64,000 nt of DNA. Origin: TPA_inf: Saccharomyces (Eukaryota). The DNA lies in the NCBI GenBank assembly GCA_000146045.2, contig BK006943.2, positions 64,001 to 128,000 of the forward strand, read 5' to 3'. The notes below the pieces were generated by a model that ran no database searches, was not told where the DNA came from, and worked only from the letters and a program-made list of their open reading frames with translations. Position numbers and translations under genes: made by a program. Shown here one piece after another: positions 10,910 to 21,659 of the stretch. Each line of letters opens with the position of its first letter. The first letter of the stretch is position 1.

Positions 10910-11302
10910 TTAGTAAACGAAACCCAAAATCTTACCAGAAACGTGCTTTCTTCTGGCTTCTTCATGGTCCATGATACCAGCAGAGGTGGTCAAGATGACG
11001 TAACCGAATTGTCTGGCTGGCAACAAGTTGGCAGTCCATTTTTCAATGTCACCAATCTTAACGTTGAATCTTGGGGAAATAACACCACACTTGTTCAATC
11101 TACCGTTCAATTGAACAACAATCTTACCAGATCTGTGGTCATCGATGTATTCAAATTCACCAATGTAACCGTGCTTTTGCATAACTTGCAAAAACTTGAT
11201 AATGACCTTGGAGGATGGTCTGATTAAAACTTGACGCTTACCGGTCTTTTCAGCGTTGTTAATGGCATTCAAAGCATCAGCTAAAACGGAAGATCTGGTC
11301 AT
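10910..11302 (-). CDS. RPS22A: Ribosomal protein S22 (A copy, intronless), 130 aa
   Basis: [60 protein letters not shown]... Confidence 0.93.
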
Positions 11303-11932
11303 CTTGGATATGTATGTTGGTCTTGTTTTATAAAAAATACTAGAACTGAAAGGCCATTAAAAAACCTTACAATTTAAGAATTGAATAGTCGATTAAGATT
11401 ATTTAGATTGAAATTGACTAACTGCAAACCCATATTCAAGAATTATTTCACATCTTCCAGCGAGTAAACATGCCGCTGGTAATCGCGCGTCCTCAATATT
11501 TGAGTTTTTCAAATAGTGAGGTGTGGATGTATAGAGGAATTACACACTTTTAAGTATGTGATGTATGGGCGCACAGTACCAATTTAACTTTTTTTTTTTT
11601 TCATTTTTTAGCTTGATTTTCAAAAAACTTATGGGCGTTTTAGGCTCCGGCTCAAACTACCACCACCACGCGGCAGGCCGAGGCAAACAGTACGCCTTGG
11701 CGGGGACGCCGAAGCGACTCCTTCTGTTCCAAGCTCAATGGTCCTTGCGTTTACGCTCGCGCGTGGGCTAACTAACGCAATTCGGCTTTTGGGCTGTCGA
11801 GAACCGAGAATTATTCTTCGCCTTGATAGATACTTTAAAACTTCTACTTAATATACTTTCTACAATTTTTGGTACATTCATATTATACTGAAAATTCGAA
11901 AAAGACAAGCAAATAAACACAGATAGATCAAC

Positions 11933-12474
11933 ATGGCTGTATGTTAGAAAGATATTATAAATCCCAGTTAGATGCTGAACTGATCAATAGCAAATTATAA
12001 ACCACATCCATCTAAATGACCTTACCACCTACAATTTGGATTTGAAATAGAAGCAATGTGTAAAATATAGGGAAAGGATTAGGAGTGTTAACCATACTAA
12101 AATTTTTCTTATCCGAAACAGAAATCTAAAGTCGCCACTACGCAGATTAAAATATGGTCATAAACTGCTTATTCTGAGAACTTTTGGTGGTCCAGCGTGG
12201 TTTATGTCAGGTGGTATTGCCTTGGATCCGTGAATGCATCACATTGATGAGTTTGAACATTGTTACTAACATTTTTTACAATTGTACACTTCGTATGTGC
12301 ACGATATGTTTCCCTTTTAATTAGGCTCAAAAGTCTTTCAGAATCAAGCAAAAAATGGCTAAGGCTAAGAAGCAAAACAGACCATTGCCACAATGGATCA
12401 GATTGAGAACCAACAACACTATCCGTTACAACGCTAAGAGAAGAAACTGGAGAAGAACCAAGATGAACATCTAA
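11933..12474 (+). CDS. RPL39: Ribosomal protein L39, split by an intron. Exon 1 is 11933..11938 (ATGGCT), exon 2 is 12325..12474. Product is 51 aa.
   Basis: ATGGCT|GTATGT donor at 11939. TACTAAC at about 12264-12270. TTAG acceptor ends at 12324. Spliced product [51 protein letters not shown]. Confidence 0.88.
11939..12324 (+). other. RPL39: Intron of RPL39 (386 nt)
   Basis: GTATGT donor, TACTAAC branchpoint and TAG acceptor all visible. The 309-nt antisense ORF 12202..12510 (BUD19, dubious) lies across the intron/exon 2. Confidence 0.85.
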
Positions 12475-12562
12475 GCGAAGAACATATTTATGCTTCAAAC
12501 TTTTTGTCATTTGTCTTCCATCCTTCCCTTATTCTCAATATATATGTAATACGTCGTATTTG

Positions 12563-12585
12563 ATATATATATATATATATATATA
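12563..12585. repeat. (AT)n dinucleotide microsatellite, about 11 units, between RPL39 and SWE1
   Basis: atatatatatatatatatatata seen directly. Confidence 0.85.
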
Positions 12586-12802
12586 ATATAATTTAACGGT
12601 TGTTATCTGCTACATCTGTAAAATAAAAATAAAAATGCTTGAAGCGGCTGTACTTAAAATAAACTCATCTAAGGTTTTACATGGTATTACTACCGGACTG
12701 CAATTACACTCTTTTTCGTTATTGGATTATTTATACAATGCGGCCCATAAGCACGTGTGGGAAAAAAGTATGTAAATAAAACAAGGTTTTTTGTTCCATT
12801 TA

Positions 12803-15262
12803 TCATATAAAAAATTTTGGCTTAGGTCCAAAGTCGTCTTCCTGGATAATAGCACCTGCATTGCGTGTCATTTCTACATACAGGCATTCCTCAGTTTGTA
12901 AGATTTGATTTGCCGTGGGCCTTCTCTCATAATTGGGCTCTATCATCCATCGTACTATTCTCTCAAGTGATTCACCATCAATAAGAAATTTCGGTACCCA
13001 TGCGGGAATTTTAGAACTTTTATGCAAAATAAGACGATTCTTGGTAGCGGCAGTATTGACATTATTATTATCGTTGCCATTATTCATATTAGGGTTGTTG
13101 ATATTACTATTGTTATGAACAGTGGAGGTGCCAGCGTTGTTACTATTACCACTGATATTGTCTCTTTCAAAATCAAATAAATCATTTGTATCTACTTTCG
13201 TAATGTCTGAAAATAATGATTCAGAATGAATATCTGTGGAACTTAATCTTCCTGCATCCGATAAATCACCCGATCTCAACTTATGCCATGCGTTGCCATT
13301 GTCAGGTAACACAACGTTCGCTGCAATTTCAACAATCATCAGACCCAGGGAAAAAATATCTGCCTTGTAATCGTACGTACAATCAGAAATGATTTCTGGT
13401 GCAATATATTCTCTGTCACCTTCATTTTCAAAACTTTTATCCTCCAACGGTAAATGAGTAGCCATTCCAAAGTCACCTAGTTTTAGGTTACCTTCAAATG
13501 TGATCATGACGTTTGCGGGTTTCAAGTCCAGATGCACAATGTGACAAGAATCATGGATGAATCGTAAAGCCAGGCTTAATTCCACGATGATTTTCCAAAT
13601 TCTCCAATCTTCCAACCTTTTTTTCTTTGCGATAACTTGCTCTTGTAAAAATCCATCCAAATTACCATTTTCGCACAATTCTGTCATAATATAGTATGAA
13701 TTTTGAAACTTCCAGGAACTGATGTAATCGATGATGTATTCCTTCCCTTCTTGATCCATTGTAATTTGGTTTGTTACCTCGTTTAGTATTTTAATTTCCA
13801 GTAATATGCGTTTCAAGGAATTATATTTGTTTGGTTTAATGGCTTTGATTGCATACTTTTTGTTTGTTTGGGCAAACGTAACCTGGTAGACCGTGGAAAA
13901 CTGGCCTTTACCAATGGAATGCACATTCGTAAATTTTTCGAAAAGATGGGAATCTGGATTTGCTGATAACTTATTTGAAGAGATTAGACGCCTTTTGGAA
14001 TTTAACGGCGAAGAATCGGTGGAAGATATGGAATGCGTCTCTGCACTTGTTGTGTTTGTCACGATGGCAGAGGAGAGTGACAATGGTCTGCTTTCTCTAT
14101 GTGTTTGAGATGTTGCCCCAATAATAGATTTTCGTCTTGTTGGAGTGGAGATCTCTTCGTCAGTGTCATTGTCATAGCGTCCACGAAATTGATAAGGTTG
14201 AGGGTTCTTTCTAGTTGAATGATGACTTGATATTATGATTGGAGGTGGGAAATTCTCGTCCGTGCCGTATAAATCATCTTTGAATTGTTGTAAACTGTTT
14301 GTTAGCTCTCTATTTTTCAAAATAACCGAATTCCTTGCTCTTTTGATTTTTTTGAACTTGTTAGAATGCAATGTTTGTGGAGAGCTGTTGGTAACCAAGC
14401 TATTAGTGGGAGACAGGATGTTTGTCTGGTTATTGTGACGATCATGTGCATGATATTTTGCCTCGCTCAGTGGGGATGAGTCTATGGTTGGTACATGGAT
14501 GGAAGGTAAAGCTTTCGAAGACGGAGAATCTGAAAATAAAAGGTCTTCTTGTAAATTATTGTCTTCAACAAAATTTAAAGGGGAAACACTTAGAGAAGAC
14601 GATGCATTTTTCGAACTCGAAAGGTGGACATGCTTATGGTCTCTTCCCTCCACTAAGGGTGATTTTTTCACTGGTGTTTCTGGTATCCTCAATTTCGCAG
14701 GGTATAACGAAGTGTCCATAGACATTTTAGATACGAGGCCCGAAGACGTAAAGGCTGATTGGTTAGGTTTAGCGACGCTATATGAAGAGGATGAGGATGT
14801 ATTTTCAGTGCGAGCATCATTTTTCGGAAACCATCGCTGGTTCCATTGTTTGAGAGAAATAGGACTGTTCGTTTTTTCCGCAGATCTTTTTGTAATAGGA
14901 GTAGTAACACTTTCATTTTCATGGAACGGAGACCACCTTTTAATACGAGAATCCACGCTTTCCTCATCCTTGCCTTCTTCCTCCTCTTCTTCCTCTTCTT
15001 CAATTTTCCCAAGAAATTTGGAGTTAGCCTCTGACAAAGCTGTATTACTTAATGACAGGTTCAAGGTCCCCGTACTTCTTGTCAATTTGTTGTTCGAATA
15101 TGGATAAAATTTCAGTTTATTGGTCGGGGTGCTACCCCCTATAGCAAAATCATCACTCTCGTCTTCGCCGGCCTGTTTGCCAAACATCTTCTTCCCCATA
15201 AACTGGAGGTTCTCCGTGTCCAGCATTTCGAAGTCCTCTTCATCCTCGTCCAAAGAACTCAT
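12803..15262 (-). CDS. SWE1: Wee1-family tyrosine kinase (morphogenesis checkpoint), 819 aa
   Basis: MSSLDEDEEDFEMLDTENLQF... with a C-terminal protein-kinase domain (HLDLKPANVMI, DFG) and a poly-Glu tract. Confidence 0.93.
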   Translation of the reverse strand: MSSLDEDEEDFEMLDTENLQFMGKKMFGKQAGEDESDDFAIGGSTPTNKLKFYPYSNNKLTRSTGTLNLSLSNTALSEANSKFLGKIEEEEEEEEEGKDEESVDSRIKRWSPFHENESVTTPITKRSAEKTNSPISLKQWNQRWFPKNDARTENTSSSSSYSVAKPNQSAFTSSGLVSKMSMDTSLYPAKLRIPETPVKKSPLVEGRDHKHVHLSSSKNASSSLSVSPLNFVEDNNLQEDLLFSDSPSSKALPSIHVPTIDSSPLSEAKYHAHDRHNNQTNILSPTNSLVTNSSPQTLHSNKFKKIKRARNSVILKNRELTNSLQQFKDDLYGTDENFPPPIIISSHHSTRKNPQPYQFRGRYDNDTDEEISTPTRRKSIIGATSQTHRESRPLSLSSAIVTNTTSAETHSISSTDSSPLNSKRRLISSNKLSANPDSHLFEKFTNVHSIGKGQFSTVYQVTFAQTNKKYAIKAIKPNKYNSLKRILLEIKILNEVTNQITMDQEGKEYIIDYISSWKFQNSYYIMTELCENGNLDGFLQEQVIAKKKRLEDWRIWKIIVELSLALRFIHDSCHIVHLDLKPANVMITFEGNLKLGDFGMATHLPLEDKSFENEGDREYIAPEIISDCTYDYKADIFSLGLMIVEIAANVVLPDNGNAWHKLRSGDLSDAGRLSSTDIHSESLFSDITKVDTNDLFDFERDNISGNSNNAGTSTVHNNSNINNPNMNNGNDNNNVNTAATKNRLILHKSSKIPAWVPKFLIDGESLERIVRWMIEPNYERRPTANQILQTEECLYVEMTRNAGAIIQEDDFGPKPKFFI

Positions 15263-16154
15263 CTGTTCTCGTGTGCGCCTGTGTGTGTTTACTTTTCCCC
15301 AGCACTACGCAATCAAAAATAGTAAGACCTGTTCAGTAGTAATCCTTTTTTTATTGGACTAACTGCGCAAGATGATGTGCAGGATAGTTAACACACGCAT
15401 ACATACAAAAAAGAGCCTCTTGGACAACCTTTACTTAATACACAGGGGCACGCCAATGTTCAACTGTGTTGTTGATTTCTTATCCAGCATTCTTTTACTT
15501 CTCTGCATTTTTTTCGCGTCGCGTCGCAAATTGTGATGGTTAAAAGAAAAATGAAAAAATATTTTTCGCGTCGTTATCACCCGGAGGAATAAAAAAAAGA
15601 AACATACACATCACGTGACCACAAGAATGTTAGAAAGGCTTACCAGTACTAGAGACGTTAATAAATTGCGAATAGCCCCCTATCTCCCACATGTTGGCAT
15701 CTGTGAGGTGGAACCTATTTAAAGGTGCCACATTTCTTTCCTTAGAGGACGATGGTTGCAAGATCAGCACAAATCCATAGTTTGATGCATGGAAAGCGAA
15801 GCACTCTAACAGAAGTAAGATAATAAACAATCTCACGATTCTACTGATTTAAGTGCAACTAGCTCTTGGGCTTCTTTTGGTTGCCAAGTCGGAATAGACG
15901 ACAGATGCATGTTTCGGTGCAGAGTTCAGAGAGATAAGTGCCTTCTTTTATCTTTTTCCCCGTTCTTGCGGATTTTTTTTTTCACTTTCTCATCGGCGGG
16001 GAAAAAAAAGTGTAACAACTAAAGGATCAACACGGCTTTAAAGTGTTTTATATATACGCAGATATGAAAAAAGCATTTTCACGGTTATTGGAAATTTTTA
16101 TTTTACGACTGGTTCCTAGCACAACAAGAGGATATACTAATAGTTCAGGTTACA

Positions 16155-17915
16155 ATGCTGATTAGGTTAAAGAAGAGAAAAATCCTGCAGGTCATCGTGA
16201 GCGCAGTAGTGCTAATTTTATTTTTTTGTTCTGTGCATAATGATGTGTCTTCTAGTTGGTTATACGGTAAAAAGCTTAGATTGCCGGTTCTAACAAGGTC
16301 GAACCTTAAAAACAATTTTTACACAACACTGGTACAAGCCATCGTGGAAAACAAGCCGGCAGATTCGTCTCCGGACTTGAGTAAGTTGCATGGGGCGGAA
16401 GGGTGTAGCTTTGCAAATAACGTTGCTGCACACGACTCTGGACACGATAGTGACTTAAGTTACGAGAGCTTGAGTAAATGCTATAATTTGAATAAAACAG
16501 TACAAGAAAGCCTACGAGAAGTGCACAGTAAGTTTACAGACACCTTATCAGGGAAACTGAATTTTTCCATCCCACAAAGAGAGGCACTTTTCTCAGGTTC
16601 TGAGGGCATTGTCACCATTGGAGGTGGAAAGTATTCTGTGCTCGCGTATACGATGATCAAAAAGTTGAGGGACACGGGTACTACATTGCCTATTGAAGTC
16701 ATCATTCCGCCTCAGGACGAAGGCGAGGATGATTTTTGTAAGAACTGGTTGCCGAAATTCAATGGTAAGTGCATTTATTTCTCAGATATCGTTCCTTCAA
16801 AGCCATTAAGCGATTTAAAACTCACGCACTTCCAGTTGAAAGTCTTTGGGTTGATAATTTCCAGTTTCAAGCGTATTATCTTCTTGGACGCAGATAACTA
16901 TGCGGTGAAAAACCTTGACCTTGCTTTTAACACTACATCCTTCAACGATACTGGCCTGATATTGTGGCCCGATTTTTGGAGACGTGTCACCCCTCCCGCC
17001 TTTTACAACATTATAGGATCTAGCATTAACATCGGCAAAAGAGTCCGTTTTGTTAGTGACGATATTTCCCCCGTGTCACGTTATGATCCATTTGTTAGTA
17101 ACTCAAACGATTACACTCCAAAGGAGAGACAGGAGCATTTCCTGAAACATGTTCCCTTACATGATCTGGACGGCACGATGCCAGACTTGAGCTCTGAATC
17201 AGGCCAGATGGTGATTGATAAGATTCGCCATTTCAACACTCTATTACTGGCGCTATACTATAATGTTTATGGGCCTACCTGGTATTATAAGATGATTTCT
17301 CAAGGCACTGCCGGTGAAGGTGACAAAGACACTTTCGTCGCTGCTGCCCATGCCTTGAATATGCCATACTATCAAGTGAGGACTAACTTTGAATTTGATG
17401 GTTTCTTCTATCAAAAAGATGATTACAAGGGTCTCGCCTTGCTCCAGCATGATTTTGAACAAGATTACAAGCAATACCAAAAGGCGCAGCAGAAAGTTAA
17501 AGCCAACATTGAGGAATTTTCCAAACTGGATCCAGATTATACTTTGGACAATGGTTTCTTGAAAACTTTGATGGTTAATGATGACGGTTCTGATTTGGAT
17601 ATCATGTTCATTCATGCCAGTTTCTACAAGGCAGATCCATGGACTCTTTATCATGAAAACAGATTTATCGGTCCAAATGGCGAACAAGTACGGGGCTTCA
17701 GGAAGCCGCATCGCTATGGAATGGATTTTGAATTGTTTTTATTCAATGATATGAGGGGGTCCTTCTGTACCACTCCGAAAAGCCAAGTTATTAAATTCAA
17801 GTATTTTACCGATAAAGTTAATACCCCAGAATGGGATGCAATGTGTGAGTATTTGACCAATCATGTTAATTATCTGGAGAGCACACACAAAGAAGCTATG
17901 GGGGAGAAAAACTAA
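16155..17915 (+). CDS. MNN5: Golgi alpha-1,2-mannosyltransferase (GT71 family), 586 aa
   Basis: Type II membrane topology (N-terminal TM segment) with a DXD-like motif (FLDADNY). Position fits YJL186W. Confidence 0.88.
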   Translation: MLIRLKKRKILQVIVSAVVLILFFCSVHNDVSSSWLYGKKLRLPVLTRSNLKNNFYTTLVQAIVENKPADSSPDLSKLHGAEGCSFANNVAAHDSGHDSDLSYESLSKCYNLNKTVQESLREVHSKFTDTLSGKLNFSIPQREALFSGSEGIVTIGGGKYSVLAYTMIKKLRDTGTTLPIEVIIPPQDEGEDDFCKNWLPKFNGKCIYFSDIVPSKPLSDLKLTHFQLKVFGLIISSFKRIIFLDADNYAVKNLDLAFNTTSFNDTGLILWPDFWRRVTPPAFYNIIGSSINIGKRVRFVSDDISPVSRYDPFVSNSNDYTPKERQEHFLKHVPLHDLDGTMPDLSSESGQMVIDKIRHFNTLLLALYYNVYGPTWYYKMISQGTAGEGDKDTFVAAAHALNMPYYQVRTNFEFDGFFYQKDDYKGLALLQHDFEQDYKQYQKAQQKVKANIEEFSKLDPDYTLDNGFLKTLMVNDDGSDLDIMFIHASFYKADPWTLYHENRFIGPNGEQVRGFRKPHRYGMDFELFLFNDMRGSFCTTPKSQVIKFKYFTDKVNTPEWDAMCEYLTNHVNYLESTHKEAMGEKN

Positions 17916-18094
17916 TGAAGTGATTAACTATAATAATTTAATAATAACTCGCCATCCGACCTTGTATAATATAATGTAGCATATATGTGCACGGATATAT
18001 ATACATCTTAGAAAAAAATGAAAAAATGAAACCAAGAAAAAACTAACTGATGGTGTTCGGACAACGTTTTAGAATGAGGGTATCTAACTTTCTT

Positions 18095-18976
18095 CTACCA
18101 TTCTCTGTCCAAAAACCTAGAAAGTAAAGTCCAGCCAAACCAAGATGTGTTTTCCAACGACGAAGACGCTGCGCTTGGTGAACGGTTTAATGTTTCTCCA
18201 GTGCTCTCATCTGTAAATCGTGACCGCGATGACGAATCTATATCTACGTCTGACAACCTGTCGAATTCAAGAGGCATCGAGTAGTAATTGAAAATAAAGT
18301 CACGCTGGGGGAAAAAAGATGGTATATCGTCAAATATTCTTTCATGATGGTATGTCAATAATTGCCGGCGAGTTTTCTCGCGGTAGCATGTTCTTAGAAT
18401 TGGATACAAGTCTCTTGATAGTTTCTGCACAGCAATTCTTTGGGCATTTGTAAGTTTCTTTAATTTCGCAGAGGTATAAAGTTCTCTTTCCTTAAAGGAA
18501 TAAACGGGAAATCCATGATTGACACCGTCGCTTGATTGAGGGACATTTTGATGCAGCTCATTAAATAAATGGCTGCCCAAACACCACTCATCGATCCGGT
18601 CAGAGTTACTAGACGATCGAATGTTACGAAGAGCGGGCGCCGGCTGCTCTGAGGGCGGAGAATTTTTATTGCTGTCACTGGATATCGACAGTATAGCAAT
18701 TTCGTCAGAAGGAACTTCGAAGGCACTACTTGCAGATTCCAGTGTCTCATCGCGACTAATGGCAGTATTTGTACATTCTGGAGATAAATCTGGGTTATTG
18801 ATAACCCTTACATCATTGAATGACTTTAATCTATGGAAGTCTAGCTCAAATTCCTCTTCTGAGAGTTCCAGGACTTCAAATAGCGATTCTTCATCGTGAA
18901 TGCCGTTATTAATTCTGGGTTGAATGCGAGCAGACCTTGACCCGCAATCAACCTGGTAATTGTTCACAGATGCCAT
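18095..18976 (-). CDS. ATG36: Pexophagy receptor Atg36, 293 aa
   Basis: Ser-rich ORF. I chose the start at MASVNNYQVDCGS to give the 293-aa product; the track ORF extends 17 codons further upstream. Confidence 0.75.
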   Translation of the reverse strand: MASVNNYQVDCGSRSARIQPRINNGIHDEESLFEVLELSEEEFELDFHRLKSFNDVRVINNPDLSPECTNTAISRDETLESASSAFEVPSDEIAILSISSDSNKNSPPSEQPAPALRNIRSSSNSDRIDEWCLGSHLFNELHQNVPQSSDGVNHGFPVYSFKERELYTSAKLKKLTNAQRIAVQKLSRDLYPILRTCYREKTRRQLLTYHHERIFDDIPSFFPQRDFIFNYYSMPLEFDRLSDVDIDSSSRSRFTDESTGETLNRSPSAASSSLENTSWFGWTLLSRFLDREW

Positions 18977-19447
18977 TAATGAGCTGTACTGACCACCAAA
19001 TTTTAGTATTTTAAGCCCTGAATACAACCTTTGCTCCTTGTCGACATTCGTAAGTATATAGAAATCTATCCCTTCAAAAGATTTGTATTATTCGGGATTA
19101 CGCTACAGCCGCACGTAGATCGTACGTGTATAACGATGTTTATCTTGGTGAAAGTATCTTAACGCGAATGCTCTAGTGATGGCACAATAGAATAGTGTCT
19201 TAGCACCACAGAGCGTGATTTTTTAAAGCTCTATATTAGCAACTACGATAGGTGTTTATTTAGTTTCTTTGTTGATCTTCCTGTTTCCAGTGTTACGGCC
19301 TTGTCAGGTCAAAAATTTTACCCGGATCTCTAGTAATGAGTAACTTAAGAATATCCCATCTGATTATTGGTAGTTTTACTGAACCAAGTTAGAGCTAAAT
19401 AAATATATACAGCCGATAGTGCACTGGAACCTTATCCTAATATCTCA

Positions 19448-19819
19448 ATGAAACTACCGGTAGCACAGTACAGTGCACCAGATGGTGTGGAAAAAAGTTT
19501 TGCACCAATACGCGATGACCCTCGATACATGACCACAGAGGGAAGGACAACTGGGCCCAGTGACCATGTGCTAAACGCTGGCCAAATCGATAGAGACAAA
19601 CCTTCAGAACCGGAACGCACGAAAGATGGCTCACAACTGACATACTTAGGCCAGCTGCGCACGCAGCTGACGGGGCTACAGGACGATATTAACGAGTTTT
19701 TGACAGGAAGAATGGAATTGGCAAAAAATAAGAAGAAAGCCGGCGCAGACGAGAAGCGGATCCAGGAAGAGATTAACCAGCTATTAGATGGTGGTGACGG
19801 TGACGAAGATGCTGTTTAG
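19448..19819 (+). CDS. GON7: KEOPS/EKC complex subunit Gon7, 123 aa
   Basis: MKLPVAQYSAPDGVEKSFAPIRDDPRYMTTEG... with an acidic C-terminus. Confidence 0.88.
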   Translation: MKLPVAQYSAPDGVEKSFAPIRDDPRYMTTEGRTTGPSDHVLNAGQIDRDKPSEPERTKDGSQLTYLGQLRTQLTGLQDDINEFLTGRMELAKNKKKAGADEKRIQEEINQLLDGGDGDEDAV

Positions 19820-20067
19820 GCAACGATATGTAGCGCTAGAGAGTGTATATACAAACAGAAAAGAGTCTAATGATAAATGACAAATATTTCGTTACAAGTG
19901 ATAATTGTTGAACTAGGAAGAGTTGATATAAAAAAATAATAAACACACGATGGGATACAGTTAAGAAGGATTGATCGACTCCTAAATGATGCGAAGAAAG
20001 CCAATTTTCAACTTGGAATCATCCTGCCGGTTTGTTGTTGGTGTTAGCTGTGTTAGGACTCGTTAAA

Positions 20068-21336
20068 ATGGCAATCAAACCAAGAACGAAGGGCAAAACG
20101 TACTCCTCAAGATCGGTGGGTTCGCAGTGGTTCAACAGGCTTGGTTTCAAGCAGAACAAGTACGGAACTTGTAAATTTTTGTCGATAATAACGGCCTTTG
20201 TTTTTATCCTCTATTTCTTCTCCAATCGCTTCTATCCAATTTCTCGTTCCGCCGGTGCATCATATTCTCCATCCCATGGGCTGTATATTAACGAAATTCC
20301 TGCCTCCAGCCGGTTGATTTATCCACATGTAGAACATGTGCCTGTGTTAAAACAAATGACCGTTAGGGGCCTGTATATTACGAGGCTAGAAGTGGATGGC
20401 AGTAAAAGATTAATTTTGAAACCAGAAGAGAATGCTTTGACAGATGAAGAAAAAAAGAAGACTACTGATCAAATTCTATTAGTGAAGCACTCGTTCTTAG
20501 ACCATGGTAAATTAGTGTATCGGAAGAGCAATGATGCACCTGAAGTGGTCGTAGTAACCCTGATAGATTTTGAAAACTACGAATTAGAAACAATTATTCA
20601 AATTGTTCAAAATAGGGTTGATTACGCTCAAAAGCACCAATATGGTGTATACATTCGTTGGATACAGGAGTTTTTGCCTGTTCTTGAAAATCAGAATTTG
20701 GCTGAAAGCTACGAATTCATTAAGCCATTGGTGATAAGAGCCGCCATGCATGCTTTCCCAACTGCCAAGTATATTCATTTTGTTGATCAAGATGCTTTAT
20801 TGATGAATCTCGATCTTTCTTTACAAAAATACCTGTTAGATCCAAAGATTATGGATTTGGCTCTATTAAAGAACGTCCCTGTTGTGGCGAATTCAAACAT
20901 CAAGACATACAATCATTTTGAATATAGTTCGGCAAAGATTATCATTCCACATGATGCGGATGGTAATATTGATGCGTCCTCATTTGTTATTGCCAATGAC
21001 TTTTATGGTAAAGCTCTGATAGACTACTTGAATGATCCGTTACTGAGAAATTTCCCATGGGATAATACCGGTGATAAGTTGAGTGCTGCTATCGGTCATA
21101 TTTTACAGTGGCATCCTACATTACTGGGTAAGACGGCAATCGTCATACCAAAAGTTTTGGCAAGTCAGTACGATGCATCCTTGGATCAAGAAGGTGAGTC
21201 TGGAAACGGTGCTTCTAATGGCGATGTTTACCATTATAATGAAGGGGACTTGGCTGCCTCCTTCAAGGGATGTAGATCAAGAGGTACGTGTGCTAGTGAA
21301 ATAGGTCACATGTACCAGAAAATCAAGAAATCTTAG
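20068..21336 (+). CDS. MNN11: Mannan polymerase II subunit (alpha-1,6-mannosyltransferase complex), 422 aa
   Basis: MAIKPRTKGKTYSSRSVGSQWFNRLGFKQNKYGTCKFLSIITAFVF... with a type II TM anchor. The track ORF starts 12 codons upstream. Confidence 0.85.
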   Translation: MAIKPRTKGKTYSSRSVGSQWFNRLGFKQNKYGTCKFLSIITAFVFILYFFSNRFYPISRSAGASYSPSHGLYINEIPASSRLIYPHVEHVPVLKQMTVRGLYITRLEVDGSKRLILKPEENALTDEEKKKTTDQILLVKHSFLDHGKLVYRKSNDAPEVVVVTLIDFENYELETIIQIVQNRVDYAQKHQYGVYIRWIQEFLPVLENQNLAESYEFIKPLVIRAAMHAFPTAKYIHFVDQDALLMNLDLSLQKYLLDPKIMDLALLKNVPVVANSNIKTYNHFEYSSAKIIIPHDADGNIDASSFVIANDFYGKALIDYLNDPLLRNFPWDNTGDKLSAAIGHILQWHPTLLGKTAIVIPKVLASQYDASLDQEGESGNGASNGDVYHYNEGDLAASFKGCRSRGTCASEIGHMYQKIKKS

Positions 21337-21659
21337 ATGTGTGTAATCTTGCAATTTAGTTTCAAACAAGATCCTTGTATTTATATAAACAAAGATATAA
21401 TTTTTAAAAAAAAATTAGAAAAAGCAAATATAATTCAGGTCCCACTTGGAATAATGGCACTGTATTGATGCATTTTCCTTATGCTTAGTGACGCGTTTTC
21501 GCGCGTCAGTTTCAAGTTTTTCTTGGCTTTTTTTTTTTCATTTTCGTAAAGGGTCTTAAAAGGATTAAAAAATGCAGTATTGAAATAAAGAACAATTACG
21601 AACGGTGAAGCTGCTATTTTGGTTATTATACCCTTCCAGGACAGTACGCGCAAACTATT

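Noticed and set aside
11505-11535. Possible Rap1 site GAGGTGTGGATGTATAGAGG in the RPS22A/RPL39 divergent promoter
   Set aside because: At best 11/13 to ACACCCRYACAYM in either orientation. It is plausible for an RP promoter but too weak to call without a PWM score.
14689-15012. Lys/Arg-rich 107-aa ORF (MGKLKKRKKRRKKARMRK...) inside SWE1
   Set aside because: It is a frame-shifted reading of the SWE1 poly-Glu/acidic region on the same strand. It has no independent start context.
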